Below are positions 28,188 to 41,577 of a DNA stretch of 64,000 nt, in pieces (within the stretch, counting starts at the first letter, position 1; each line of letters opens with the position of its first letter). The position numbers and the translations under genes were made by a program. Source of the DNA: Octopus sinensis. Taxonomy: Eukaryota. Under the pieces are notes generated by a model. It made no database searches. It had not been told where the DNA came from and saw only the letters and a list, made by a program, of their open reading frames with translations. The DNA is taken from positions 11,160,001 to 11,224,000 of the forward strand of contig NC_043003.1 of the NCBI RefSeq assembly GCF_006345805.1. The letters run 5' to 3'.

Positions 28188-28530
28188 GGTGAAGGCACAT
28201 GGCTCAGTGGTTAGAGTGTCGAGCTTACGATTGTAAGGTTGTGAGTTCAATTCCCGGACCGGGCTGTGTGTTGTGTTCTTGAGCAAGACACTTTATTTCT
28301 CATTGCTTCAGTTCACTCAGATGTAGAAATGAGTTGCGACGTCACAGGTGCCAAGCTGTATTGGCCCCTTTGCCTTTCCTTTGGATAACACTGGTGGTGT
28401 GGAGAGGGGAGGCTGGTATGCATGGGTGACTGCTGGTCTTCTATAAACAACCTTGCCCGAACTTGTGCCTCAGAGGGTAACGTTTTAGGTGCAATCCCAT
28501 GGTCATTCATGACCAAAGTGGGTTTCCCAT
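28188..28530 (+). mobile_element. tRNA-derived SINE (family C-like), head-to-head with the tRNA-Leu
   Basis: Box A tggctcagtgg, box B gagttcaattcc, then gtgttcttgagcaagacactttatttc. Confidence 0.8.
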
Positions 28531-29010
28531 ATATATATATATATATGACCGATGCCAACCCCACCTCGAATGGCTTCTGTGCCAGTGGCACATAAAAAGC
28601 ACCATCCGAATGTGGCTGATGCCAGCATCGCTTCGACTGGCTTCTGTGCCGGTGGCACATAAAAAGCACCAACTGATCGTGGCCGATGCCAGACCCCTCT
28701 GGCACCTGTGCAGGTGGCACGTAAAAAGCACCCAGTACACTCACGGAGTGATTGGTGTTAGGAAGGGCATCCAGCTGTAGAAACACTGCCAGATCAGACT
28801 GGAGCCTGGAGCAGCCCCTGGCTCCCCAGACACCGGTTGAACCGTCCAACCCGTGCTAGCGCGGAAAACGGACGTTAAACAATGATGATGATGATGATGA
28901 TGATGATGATATATATCCCCAAATAAAAACGAAGAAGAAACGCAAAAAACAATGCGAGGATGTGGTACATGTAAAGTATTAACAGACGCTCAGGGAAGGA
29001 AAGAAAGGTA

Positions 29011-29045
29011 GTTTTACGTTTCGAGCAAAGCTCTTCTTCAGAAAC
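29011..29045 (-). ncRNA. Minimal type-I hammerhead ribozyme in a PLE pseudo-LTR remnant (about 28920-29100)
   Basis: GTTT-CTGAAGA-A-GAGC(TTT)GCTC-GAA-ACGT-A-AAAC; palindromic ACGT stem III, GUA triplet; CpG-decayed sister copy at 53788-53822 (+). Confidence 0.75.
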
Positions 29046-29373
29046 AGGAGACAGAGGGGAAAAATCGCCAACAATTCACATGTGGTTACATTTTGTGGCA
29101 CTATGTCGGTTACGATGACGAGGGTTTCAGTTGATCCAATCAACGGAACAGCCTGCTCATGAAATTAATGTGCAAACACAAATTTTAGGTGCCTTACTCA
29201 AAAACACTGTACAAAGCTAGTGTAAGATTTGAATTTATGACTTGGTGGTTTGCCATACAGCTCCTTACCTCTCAACCATGGTATATTGGAAAAAATATAA
29301 TGACTTTTCAATTAGAAAATTACTATTTGTAAATCTCACAATGAGAGATATTCAGCAACAGTACTTTGTAGTA

Positions 29374-29620
29374 AAGATTGTTTGCCAACATAACATGGCA
29401 GTCCTGGTTTAGGACGAATTTAGCTCCAGGAAACATTGTCTCCAGCTGGCTATATGACACGATCTGTGTCCTTATATTTTCAAACAAGGGAATCTAGCAT
29501 CCCCACTCAGCTCAAAACAATATCTGTGTATCCCGATTTCTGAGTTATTTCTCTTCATCAGCACATTTAGCAACATTCGTTGTAAACCAGGACTGCCATG
29601 TTATGTTGGCAAATAATCTT
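29374..29620. mobile_element. Fold-back element with about 52-bp inverted arms enclosing an HHR-like motif
   Basis: Arms about 29374-29425 and 29569-29620; minus-strand TGTG-CTGATGA-A-GAG..CTC-A-GAA-ATCGGGAT-A-CACA at 29524-29565. Confidence 0.6.
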
Positions 29621-30495
29621 GACTTTTCAGATGTTGTACGCCATCCAGTAACTGTATCTGATTGCTCATGAAATATACTTTTTTTACCAAAAAAAAAAAT
29701 CTCAAAAAATCTCCCCAGGTTTTCTAAGTGAAGTTGGGTCTCCCATAAAATTTAATGTATTAAGATCTTTTAACTTGAACATGCGTGGCCAACATCACAA
29801 CAGACAGCATGTGTGCTAGGGCCATGGAGATAGCTCCCGTACTGACACCACTTAAAGATCCCCTCTGCTGGTGCCATGTAAAAGAACACCTGTGCCAGTG
29901 CCACATGAAAGGGTACCCATGCTGGTGTCACATAAAAAACACCCAATACACCCTGTAAAGTGGCTGGTCTTAGGAAGGGCATCAAGCCATAGAAAGCAAG
30001 CCAAAACAGATGACTGGGGCCTGGTGCAGCCCTCTTGTTTGCCAGCTCCTGTCAAACTGTCCAACCCATGCCAGCTTCGAAAATGGACGTTAAATCAGGA
30101 TGATGATGGTGGTGGTGACGATGATGATGATGATGATGATGATGGTAGTGGTGGTGGTGATGATGATGATGATGATGATGATGAAATCGAGGTGCATCTA
30201 ATATGCCCCTGTGTCATTTATGCTACGGAAATACATCTTTTATACATTGCTTAATTCATTTCGGTAAAAGTAGGAATGGAATTAGCTTTGGGTTAAGACA
30301 GCCGCAATCTTCGGTTCTTCTAGCATTTGAAGATGGACTACCTACCAGAACTTTCATGGGAAATTACAAATTTCTGTGAAATGCCAATTTTTGAATTGAA
30401 CAAATGGAAGAATACCAACAAAAGCTTAGAAACTCAATTTTAAAGAAATTTCTCTGCTATGTCCCTTTGCACACATGACCCAACTCTATCTGTCC

Positions 30496-30535
<40 letters not shown>

Positions 30536-30561
30536 CTCTCTCTCTATATATTATATAATAT

Positions 30562-31480
30562 CGTGATCTAGTAATCTCAAGATTAATCAGCCCGAAATTA
30601 CTACGATGATCCGTTCTTGACTGAGACTGAGGGGTTCGAATGTCCTTCCATGTTTATTGTATCGTCTTCTATGAGTTATACGTTCTTGTCCATGTTGTAT
30701 TTTTCTACATACCTTAACATATATTCCAGGCGCCCCGTACCCCCTTTATCATTAATGTGAACACATATTCTTAATAATTGGTACGACTCTCTGTTTGTCT
30801 CTCTCTCTCTCTCATTTTTACTTCTCTCTATCATCTTCTCTTTCCTCTGATCCTTGGTCTAGTCTTCCACTACCCTCCTATTTCTTTGTCTCGCTCTGCA
30901 CTCACAGGTCATTCTTCGACACCCATCCCTTTCTCCTCTCTGATTCCTTCTTTCTCTCTCTTCTCTCTTGTTGCTTTTGTCCCCCTTTCTCTCTCTCCTT
31001 CTCTGTCACGTGACTGTTTGCCGAAATCTGCCTTTCACTCCTGACCCTCGTCGTGTTAACATCGTTGTTCTTCGTCCGCCGCTATAAAGGCTTTTTCCAA
31101 TGCGCCAGAGAAAAAATTGTTTGCTTGTTATCAGTCGTAAGACACTTGTTGTTTTCACCGTTAATGCTTCTGTATTTCAGTTTTCTGTATTCCATTATTG
31201 TTTTTTTTTTTTTTTTTTTTTTTTTTCATATCTGTCCCTTTTGCTGTCCTGGTGTTCGTATGCATTCGATCCTTCTTCCAGGAAATCTACGCTTCCAGCT
31301 TATTTTTCTTGGAGGGCTGGCCGTGATCTAGTAATCTCAAATTAATCGCCGAATTACTACGATGATCCGGTTCTGACTGAAGACTGAGGGGTTCGAAGTG
31401 TCCTGTCCATGTTTATTGTATCGTCTTCTATGAGTTATACGTTCTTGTCCATGTTGTATTTTTCTACATACCTTAATATA
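30562..31480 (+). mobile_element. Element bounded by about 160-bp direct repeats (PLE pseudo-LTR-like)
   Basis: 30562-30723 and 31322-31480 are near-identical; related copies at 52085-52210 (-) and 59990-60170. Confidence 0.6.
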
Positions 31481-32443
31481 TATATATATATATATATATA
31501 CCGGAGTAAACACATAATGTGAAACAAGGTGGAAAAAAGAGTACTCAAATACCAGTGGTAGAGTAATATGCTTTATTTAACAGCAGAAAATTCAACAAAT
31601 CTGTTACTCTGAGTTTCTGTTGCCGTTCATCAGACAGTTTTTTGCAAAAACTGACTGATGAACGGCAACGAGAAACTCAGAGTAACAGATTTTTTGAATT
31701 TTCTGCTGCTTAAAATAAAGTATATATATATATATGAATATATATATATATCCATCTATCTATCTGTCTGTCGTCTGTCTGTCTGTCTGTCTCTCTATCT
31801 ATCTGCATGTCTGTCTGTCTATCTATCTATCTATCACTCCCTGTATATAATTATCTATCTGTCTGTCTTTTCTCTCTCCCCATACAATATATATATGTAT
31901 ACATTTTTTTTATTGTTTTATTTGTTTCAGTCATTTGACTGTGGCCATGCGGGAGCACTGCATTTAGTCGACCAAATTACCTCCATGACTTATTCTTTGT
32001 AAGCCCAGTCTGTATTGCCGAACTGCTAAGTTACGGGTCATAAACACACCAACATCGGTTGTCAAGCAATGGTGCAGGGACAAACACAGACACACAAATA
32101 TATACATTGTGGCAAGAAGATTGCTTCCTAACCAGTCCCACCTTGGGCAAGTGTCTGCTGCTATAGCCTCAGGTTGACCAAAACTTTATGAGTGGATTTG
32201 GTAGATGGAAACTGAAAGAAGCCTGCTGTATATATATATATGTTTGTCCCCCGACCATCGCTTGACAAGCGATGCTGGCATGTTTTCATCCCCGTAACTT
32301 AGCAGATTGGCAAGAGAGACCGACAGAATAAGTACTAGGCTTACAAAGAATAAGTCCTGGGGTCGATTTGTTCGACTAAACGTGGTGCTCCAGCATGGCC
32401 ACAGTCAAATGACTGAAACAAGTAAAAGAATATATATATATAT

Positions 32444-32748
32444 GTGGAGGCGCAATGGGCTAGTGGTTAGGGCAGCGGACTCACGGTCGTAGGATCGCAG
32501 TTTCGATTCCAAGACTGGGCGTTGCGAGTGTTTATTGAGCGAAAACACCTAAAGCTCCACGAGGCTCCAGCAGGGGATGGTGGTGATCCCTGCTGTACTC
32601 TTTTACCACAACTTTCTCTCACTCTTTGGCCTGCTCGCTTAGCCAGTGGGGTGGCGTCATTTGAAGGCTAAAACAATGTGAAGCGCATTGTGACCAGCGA
32701 TGTGTAACAACATCTGACAGCCTGGTCGGTCACGGTGATCACGGTGAT
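32444..32748 (+). mobile_element. tRNA-derived SINE family E
   Basis: Head ggaggcgcaatgggctagtggttagggcagcggactc...gtttcgattcc; related copy at 35607-35912 and a head at 10063-10125. Confidence 0.8.
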
Positions 32749-32758
32749 ATATATATAT

Positions 32759-32809
<51 letters not shown>

Positions 32810-33308
32810 TAAAACCCTTATATGACTATCTGTCTGTGTTTCTCTCTTTCTCTGTCTATTTATCTATCTGTCTCTCTCTCTCTCTCTCTATCTATCTATT
32901 TATTTCTTTGTCTGTCTTTCTGTTTGTTTCCTTCTCTCTCTCTCTCTCTCTTTCTTTATTTATCTATCTATCAGTCTATCTCCAATTCAGATATTTTTCT
33001 GGCCCCTTTCACGTTCCCTCTCATGATTTTTAATGCTCATCTCCATTTTTTGCTCATCATTTACTAATGAGAAAAATATTGTTATTGGCTTCATACACAA
33101 CCACCACTATGACCAACACCATCACCACCACCACCACCCGCATAACTTTCACCATCACCACCCTCTCCATCATTATTAGCATCACTACAAGTCCCCTTAT
33201 TATTATGAAACAAATGTTATGATTATTTATTAGCGTCATCGTCATCATCATCATCAGTGTCAAAATTACTTTTATTATTATCAGTATTATTATTGTTATT
33301 ATTATTAC

Positions 33309-33347
<39 letters not shown>

Positions 33348-33463
33348 TACTAACATCATTATTAATACTATTACTATTATTACTTTCAGTGTTACCATTA
33401 ATATTATTACAATTATTATTACAACTATTATCATTACTATTATTATTATTGTTATTATTATTG

Positions 33464-33507
<44 letters not shown>

Positions 33508-33626
33508 CTTACTATCGCTATCATCATTTCCTGAATATGAGTGAGATAACAAATCGTCTTAGTTCCAGGAGGTGGGGTCTACCAGTTTTGGGGGGTTTTT
33601 TTGCATATATATGCATATATATATAC

Positions 33627-33730
<104 letters not shown>

Positions 33731-34485
33731 GTATACATATACATACACATATACATCTTTACAAATATATATGTAAACACACACACATATATATACACAC
33801 ATACACACGTGTGTGTGTGTATGTGTGTGTAGGCACCTTGACTCTATCTATTTGAAAATAAGACACATACAATGGTTTTGTTATTGTGTTGTTATTGTTT
33901 GACATTATTGATGTTATATTCATTTTCTGGTCCTCCTTTGACTTTGTTATGTTTTGTAATATTCTTATCTGATTAATTAAACGAAGCAACTCATTCAAAT
34001 ATTAAAACACACACACAAAAAAAAAACTGCACACACACAGTTATATACATATATATATACATTCATATACACATACAAATATGCATATATGTTTATACAT
34101 ATGTATATATGGATATTTGCGTATATACATATATATATATATATATATATAAATATATATATATGTATGTGTGTGTGTATATATATACATATATGTACCT
34201 GTAAATGTAGTAGCACATACACACATATATACGTATGTATATATACATATATATGTACATATTTATATATATATAATGTATATATACATGCATAAGCACA
34301 CACACTCACATACTCTACACGCACACACACACATATATATAGACAGACAAAAATATATAATTGCATGTGTGCACATGAATATGCAAGTGTGTGCGTTATA
34401 AGTGCCTTTATACACACACACATGTATATACATATATATATACATATTTATACATATACATATATATATATTTATATATATACAC

Positions 34486-34524
<39 letters not shown>

Positions 34525-34724
34525 TGCATATATACATATATATATACACATATATACATAAATACATATATATATATATATACACATATATATATATACA
34601 TATGTATATACACATATATATGTATATATACATACATATATACACACATAAATATATAACATATGCATATATATACATATGAATATATATATATTTATAT
34701 ACATATGCACATATATATATACAC

Positions 34725-34761
<37 letters not shown>

Positions 34762-36926
34762 ATATATTATATAATACATACATGCATATATATGTGTTTG
34801 GGTGTGTAGTTTTTAATTTGAACATGAAGAAACACAACATATCACCTAATAAGGTAGTTTGATCAGCAGCTTTGATAACATTTAGAAATACGCTCGGAAT
34901 GGTGACTAGTTGTTCCAAAAGAGATGCTGTCTATTGAGATGGTCGCCTGGGTTGGTGGCTGTGGTACAGCAGATTCGGATAGCAATGGATTGGGTTTGGG
35001 ATGATAGCGGTACTGATAATTTTCATTGGTGAGAGATTAGGTTTATTGGTGTGGGGTGGCGGATGGGGGGGAGGGGTGTTCGGGTGGAGTGGCAGTGTTG
35101 TTGGCGGTCAATGGTTGTTTTTGAGATTCTGTTAAATATTGGTGGTGGTGGTGGTGATGGTGGTGGTGGTGGTGGTGATAGTGGCCGCGGTGTTGATGAT
35201 GATGATTGTAGTAGTGGTGGCAATGACGATGATATTGATGAAGGTGATGGCAGCGGTAATGGTGGTGATGATGATGATTGCAGTAGTTGTGGTGTTGACG
35301 TTGGTGATGTTGGTGACAATGGTAGTGATGAGGATGATGATGATGGTGGTGGTGGTGGTGCTGGCAGTGCTAGTGGCAGTGACAATGCTGATGATGGTGG
35401 TGGTGGTGATATCTATGATGGTGCTGGGGGTGCAGATGGCTATAATCTTGGCAGTGCAAGATCCAAAATAGGAAACAGGTGGAATAATTCTATTTGTTTC
35501 TTTGGGATGGTGAGACAAGGATGGATGGGTGGGTGACACCATCACCATTGTGGTGGGTGTGGAGATTATAATGTTACTGGTTTTAGTGCTGGTATGAGTT
35601 TGTTGTGTGGAGGCACAACGGCCCAGTGGTTAGGGCAGCGGACTCGCAGTCGGAGGATTGCGGTTTCAATTACCAGACCGGGCGTTGTGTGTGTTTATTG
35701 AGCGAAAACACTTAAAAAGCTCCATGAGGCTCCAGCAGGGGGGGGTGGCGATCCCTGTTGTACTCTTTCGCCACAACTTTCTCTCACTCTTTCTTCCTAT
35801 TTCTTGGGTAAACCTGCAATGGACTGGTGTCCTGTCCAGCTGGGGGGAACACATACGCCACAGAAACCGAGAAACCGGGCCCATGAGCCTGGCTAGGCTT
35901 GAAAAGGGCGACGTTTATCGTTTATGAGTTTGTAGCAGAATTGGCGATGGTGATGATGATGACAGCGACAATGGTAATGATGATGATGATGTTGACGATG
36001 ACAATGATGATGATGATGGTGGTGATGGTGGTGGTGATGTTGACGACAACAATGATGATGATGGTGATGGTGTTGATAACAATGATAATGTTGGTGGTGG
36101 TGATGTTAGAGTGCTCCCACTGCCTACTGTGGCGAACTCTATCCCATCGCCAGTGATAAATTGTCCGAGTTGTGAGAGTGTTGTCGAGAATGTTTCCATG
36201 ATATTGATTCTGACACTCGATGCTTTGATCTCAAATCCTGCTGCGGTCATCTTTAGCTTTCATCCTCTCAAGGTCAATAAAAAGCTCCCAATCTAAGAGA
36301 CTGGATTGGCAGAACTGCAAGAAGATTGGACAAGGTGCCTTGTGGCATTTGTTCCAGCCCTTTGCATTCTGAGTTGAAATTCAACCATGGCCTACCTGGG
36401 TGGTAGATTTAATGTCTTCTGGTGTAACACCTCCACCTCGAATTTTGGGTACCTTGGCTACTTGGAGCATTTTGAGCATCTATGTAGGGATCACTCGATT
36501 ACCACCATTCAGGCCAGTTCTCTGGTTTAGGATCCCTTCAATATTTCCAGTCAGTCTTTGTGGCCCCGTAAAGGACCATAAACCTTGAGTTCCTGCCTGA
36601 GGTATCTTCACTTTAGGCAGAACAACAATGTCAATGAAAAGATTCCAAGCTTTATATCAAACAAGTTTTCCAATCAACCCTTGCCAACCCTCTTGCATGA
36701 CAATGATGCTCATTTACAAGGGTCCACACACAAACACACATACACATGCATAAATACATATATGCATAGGTGTAGGAGTGGCTGTGTGGTAAGTAGCTTA
36801 CTTATGAACTACATTATTCCGGGTTCAGTCCCACAGTGTAGCACCTTGGCCAAGTGTCTTCTACTATAGCCTCGGGCCAACCAAAGCCTTGTGAGTGGAT
36901 TTGGTATACAGAAACTGAAAGAAGCC

Positions 36927-36974
<48 letters not shown>

Positions 36975-37191
36975 TATAATATATATATACACATATACGT
37001 ATGCATGTATATGTTTATGTGTCTGTGTTTGTTCCCCCAACATTGCCTGACAACCGATGCTGGTGTGTTCGGCAAAAGAGACCATAGAATAAGTACTAGG
37101 CTTACAAAGAATAAGTCCTGGGGTCGATTTGCTTGACTAAAGGCAGTGCTCCGGCATGGCCACAGTCAAATGACTGAAACAAGTCAAAAGA

Positions 37192-37236
<45 letters not shown>

Positions 37237-37261
37237 GAACAATATGTATATATATATATAT

Positions 37262-38113
37262 ATCTATATTGTATAGAGGGCATTATTACACATAAATGCC
37301 TCACACTAAGAGGGACAAAGTCATTACTACCAAAATTATACTAATCATACCTAAATGCAGTTTTTCAAAGCAAGACATTTAAAAATGAATTTAGTTCTGT
37401 ATCACCGTGATTTCACATTCAACTTACGTCTTATGATCATCAGCAGAACTTTGTCCCTCTTAGTGTGAGGCATTTATGTGTAATAATGCCCTCTATACAA
37501 TATAGATATAATTAATTTGTTCAAAAGAAAAAATTATTTTCGATTCTTTTCTTTTTATGAGGTTTTCACGCTAACTACCCGATAATTTCTTGTTAAGATC
37601 CTTATTAGAGATTATCCTTATTGTTAAACTTATTCCGAAATACTTTTCATTACCCGACATGCAGTTCGTAAAAAGCCCGCCATTTACCGGATAATGATTT
37701 ATAAACATTCCATGTGCTTGGCCGGAGTCGGCAGTTGTCTGTTCGTCTTCGTTACGTAAGGTTGGTAGTTTATTTATGATGTGTTCAGAATCAGTTCTGC
37801 TGATGATCATAAGACGTAAGTTGAATGTGAAATCACGGTGATACAGAACTAAATTCATTTTTAAAATGTCTTGCTTTGAAAAACTGCATTTAGGTATGAT
37901 TAGTATAATTTTGGTAGTAATGACTTTGTCCCTCTTAGTGTGAGGCATTTATGTGTAATAATGCCCTCTATACAATATAGATATAATTAATTTGTTCAAA
38001 AGAAAAAAAAATTATTTTCGAATTCTTTTCTTTTTATGAGGTTTTCACGCTAACTACCCGATAATTTCTTGTTAAGATCCCTTATTAAGAGATTATCCTT
38101 AATTGTTAAACTT
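37262..38113. mobile_element. PLE-like tandem and inverted pseudo-LTR structure with two hammerheads
   Basis: 37262-37450 is the reverse complement of about 37793-37985; 37451-37632 repeats directly at 37926-38113; HHR at 37793-37850 (+) and 37393-37450 (-). Confidence 0.75.
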
Positions 38114-38765
38114 ATATATATATATATATAAATATAGAAATTGGACCGATCTAGAGGTAACTTAATATTTTGAATTTCTGTTAGCTTGCTTCCATGTGTG
38201 TGATAATAATAACGAAAATATTTAAAGTGGTTCAACAAGTTAGCGTCTCTTTTCAGCATATAGGCAAAGAAAAAGAAATTTTCTTTTCTATGCCTTTATT
38301 TATAATTGTATTTATGTGTGTGTGTGAAAAGCACCTTTCAAGCGTTGGGTCTCGTGCAAGCAATGACAAATGACTGAAACCTTTAGCAATATGCTGTGCT
38401 TGAGAAAACCCATCAAGCCAAATGAAATCACAGCTGTGGAAGAAACTGGTGCCATGCAAATGGCACCCATTGCATTCTTGGAGTGGTTGGCATTAGGAAG
38501 GATATTAGGAAGGCTCCTGTGCAGGTGGCATGTAAAAAGCACCATTTGAGCGTTGCCGTTGCCAGTACCGCCTGACTGGCCCTCGTGCCGGTGGAACATA
38601 AAAGCACCCACTACACTCTTGGAGTGGTTGGCGTTAGGAAGGGCATCCAGATGTAGAAATTCTGCCAGATCAGATTGGAGCCTGGTGCAGCCATCTGGTT
38701 CGCCAGACCTCAGTCAAATCGTCCAACCCATGCTAGCATGGAAAGCGGACATTAAACGATGATGA

Positions 38766-38800
<35 letters not shown>

Positions 38801-39814
38801 TATATGCATGTGTATGTGTGTTTGTGTGTGAACCCTTGTAAATGACCTTCATGATCATGCAAGCAAGGGGTTGCTTCTTTCCATTCTTCTGTGAGAAGCA
38901 CACCTGTTTGGTGACAAAAAAGGCATACTTGGGGTAAATGTCTTCTATTACAGTCTGCATGTGTGTGTGTGTGCTTGACAATTGGTGTTGGTTTGTTTAT
39001 ATTTCCATAACTTAGCAGTTTGGCAAAAGAGACTGATAGAATAGGACCAGATTTAAAGACATAATATATACTCAGTTTGATTCGTTCAACCAAAACCCTT
39101 CAAACCAGTGCTCCAACATGGCCACGATCCAATGACAAAACAAGTAAAAGAAGAACAGGAGAGTAAATGAAGAGTTTAGATAATTGGATAAATGCCATTG
39201 TTGATACTCCTAAAGAGATGGGATAGCCATGGTTGGAATGACTTTGACAATATAGCTGCTCAGTCAAGACTGACCTGAAGCAACACAATGACAACAGCAG
39301 CATCGGAAGATTATAATTGAAAGGTGTTAATAACAACACACAGGTTGTTCAATTAACATGATGTGTAATAACCCTCATCACATATGAGGTGGAGAGGGGC
39401 AGGTCCCTAATGTGGGATGTGACATGCAGCGCCACATTCTCTGGCACCAAACATGCTGCACTGACTGCAAAACCAAATATTCATCATCATTATCATCTAA
39501 CCATCAGTTTTCCAGGCTGGCATGGGTTAGACCAGTGTTTCCCAAAGTGGGCAGTATTGCCCCACTGGGGAGCAATGGAAAATTCCAAGGGTCATTGAAG
39601 AAAAGTGGGGCAATAATGCAGTAGCGATTCATGTAAAAAACAACAAAATAATGGGTTCTTTAGGTTGTGTCACTAGCACAGGTACCCTCGATGTGTCACT
39701 GGCATGGGTGCCTCATGTGTCACAGGCACGGGTGCCCTTCACGAATCATGTCACTGGCAGGATTCATCATCATCATTATCTAACATCTGTTTTCCAGGTT
39801 GGCATGGGTTAGAC

Positions 39815-40118
39815 CAGTGGTTCCCAAAGTGGGCAATATTACCCCACCCCAGGGGCAGTGGAAAGCTCCAAGGAAGCATTGAAGAAAAGTGAGGCAATAA
39901 TAGGGTAGTGATTCATGTAAAAATTGGGGTGATAATAGGGTGGCAATATATGTAAAAACAAAATAATGGGTTCGTTAGGTTAAATTTTATTTGTGAAATA
40001 CAGTTGCTTTGAATTTGCTTCAGAAAGAGGTCTATGTGATGGTTAGTTGAGTGGGGGCACTAGGAATGTGGTCTGCATGTCAAGGGGGCAGCAGCCCGAA
40101 ATAGTTTAGGAACCACTA
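39815..40118 (+). mobile_element. hAT MITE with 8-bp TSD, inserted in an RTE-tail element
   Basis: TIRs cagtggttcccaaa and tttaggaaccacta; TSD ggttagac at 39807-39814 and 40119-40126. Confidence 0.85.
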
Positions 40119-41577
40119 GGTTAGACAGTTTGACTGGAGATAGTAAACCAAGAGCTGCATCACGCTCCTGTCTGATTTAGCTTGGTTTTTATGACTTGAT
40201 GCCCTTCCTAATGCCAACCACTCCATAGAGTGTACTAGGTTCCTTTTATGTGTCACTGGCATGAGTGCCTCTTACATGTCACAGGTACAGGTGCCCTTCA
40301 TGCGTCACTGGCACAGGTACCTTATATGTGTCACTGGCACGAGTGCCCCTTATGTGTCACAGACATGGGTGCTCTTCACGTGTCACAGGCACGGGTGCCC
40401 TCCATGTGTCACAGGCACGGGTGCCCTTCATGCGTCACTGGCACAGATGCCATTCACATGTCACCTGCACTAGGCCACAACTGCCACTGTAATGCAGAAG
40501 AGTGAAGAATAAATAAATACAAGGGCCTGACCAGCCACTATCAGTTTGTGTCAGTCGTCGTTGAAACCTTAGGTGTTCTCAAATCCCTTGCTAGCAATTT
40601 CCTCCACAAAATCAGGATAACAGTGGCCCATCCAGGAAATGAGCCCTGCATGGTAGAGTGGCTGCTGTAGCAAGAGTCTCTGGCCATTTTCTGTAGCAAC
40701 ACCATTGCAGCCACGACTCTGGGTTGCGTCTGAACATGCCATCTGTTTTGGGGTGTGCAACCCGTTGCTCACCATTCACATCTTCGAACGCTTACCACTT
40801 AAACACCACCATTTTTCTTTTTCCTTTTTTTTGTGTTTTCTTGTTTCCTTGTAATTAAATTGTGATTTAATAAAGGCCTGATATTGTAGTTTGAATGAAA
40901 ACCACAATCTCCACTCGTAACAAGAAGACAATTTTGTCCGTCTACTCTGTAGAATATTGATTCCTCCGACAGGAGTCTTCAGCATGCCACAAATGGAACA
41001 ACAGTGTACTTGTTAAACAAACAAACGGCCAAGTTAAGTTAGCTCATCTCAGAGAATTAACGTTCGTCTTCATCACCAGATAATGGAGCAGGAAGGAGAT
41101 GGGCTGTAAACTTATTGGGGAAAAATAGAACAAGTTGCAGAGAATTCTTCTATTGATTCTGTTTTCATTTCTCTATTTGCTCAAAGAAACTGTCACATGA
41201 TAAGATTATGTACCATTCACTTCTATTGTTCTTGGATATATTAATGAGGTAACAGCTACTTGGTGGTTTAGCATGCTAGAAATAGCAGTCAAATCTCTCT
41301 CTCTCTCTTTCTCTCAGATAATGGGGAAAATACATTCATTAGATAATGTAATTCTAGATATAGATGCAGGGGCTGTATGGTTAAAAAGCTTGCTTTACAA
41401 TCATGCGGTTTCAGGTTCATTCCCACTGTACAGCACCTTGGACAAGTATCTATGCTATAGCCTTGGGCAGATTAATGCCCAATGACTGAATTTGGTATGT
41501 GGAAACTGTATGGAAGCCTGTTGTGTGTGAATGTGTGTGTGTGTGTGTGTGTGTATATGTGCGTGTTTGCGTGAGTA

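Noticed and set aside
30612-31410. GACTGAAGACTGAGGGGTTCGAA as a hammerhead (also about 52160 and 60030)
   Set aside because: Stem II, stem III and stem I cannot be formed consistently across copies.
37571-37948. 125-aa complex ORF as a host or Helitron gene
   Set aside because: It is antisense to the HHR-bearing pseudo-LTR and spans a duplicated unit; no recognisable motif.
40955-40990. CTGAAGA-CTCC(TGTC)GGAG-GAAT hammerhead-like core on the minus strand
   Set aside because: A15.1 is missing and there is no stem I or stem III partner.
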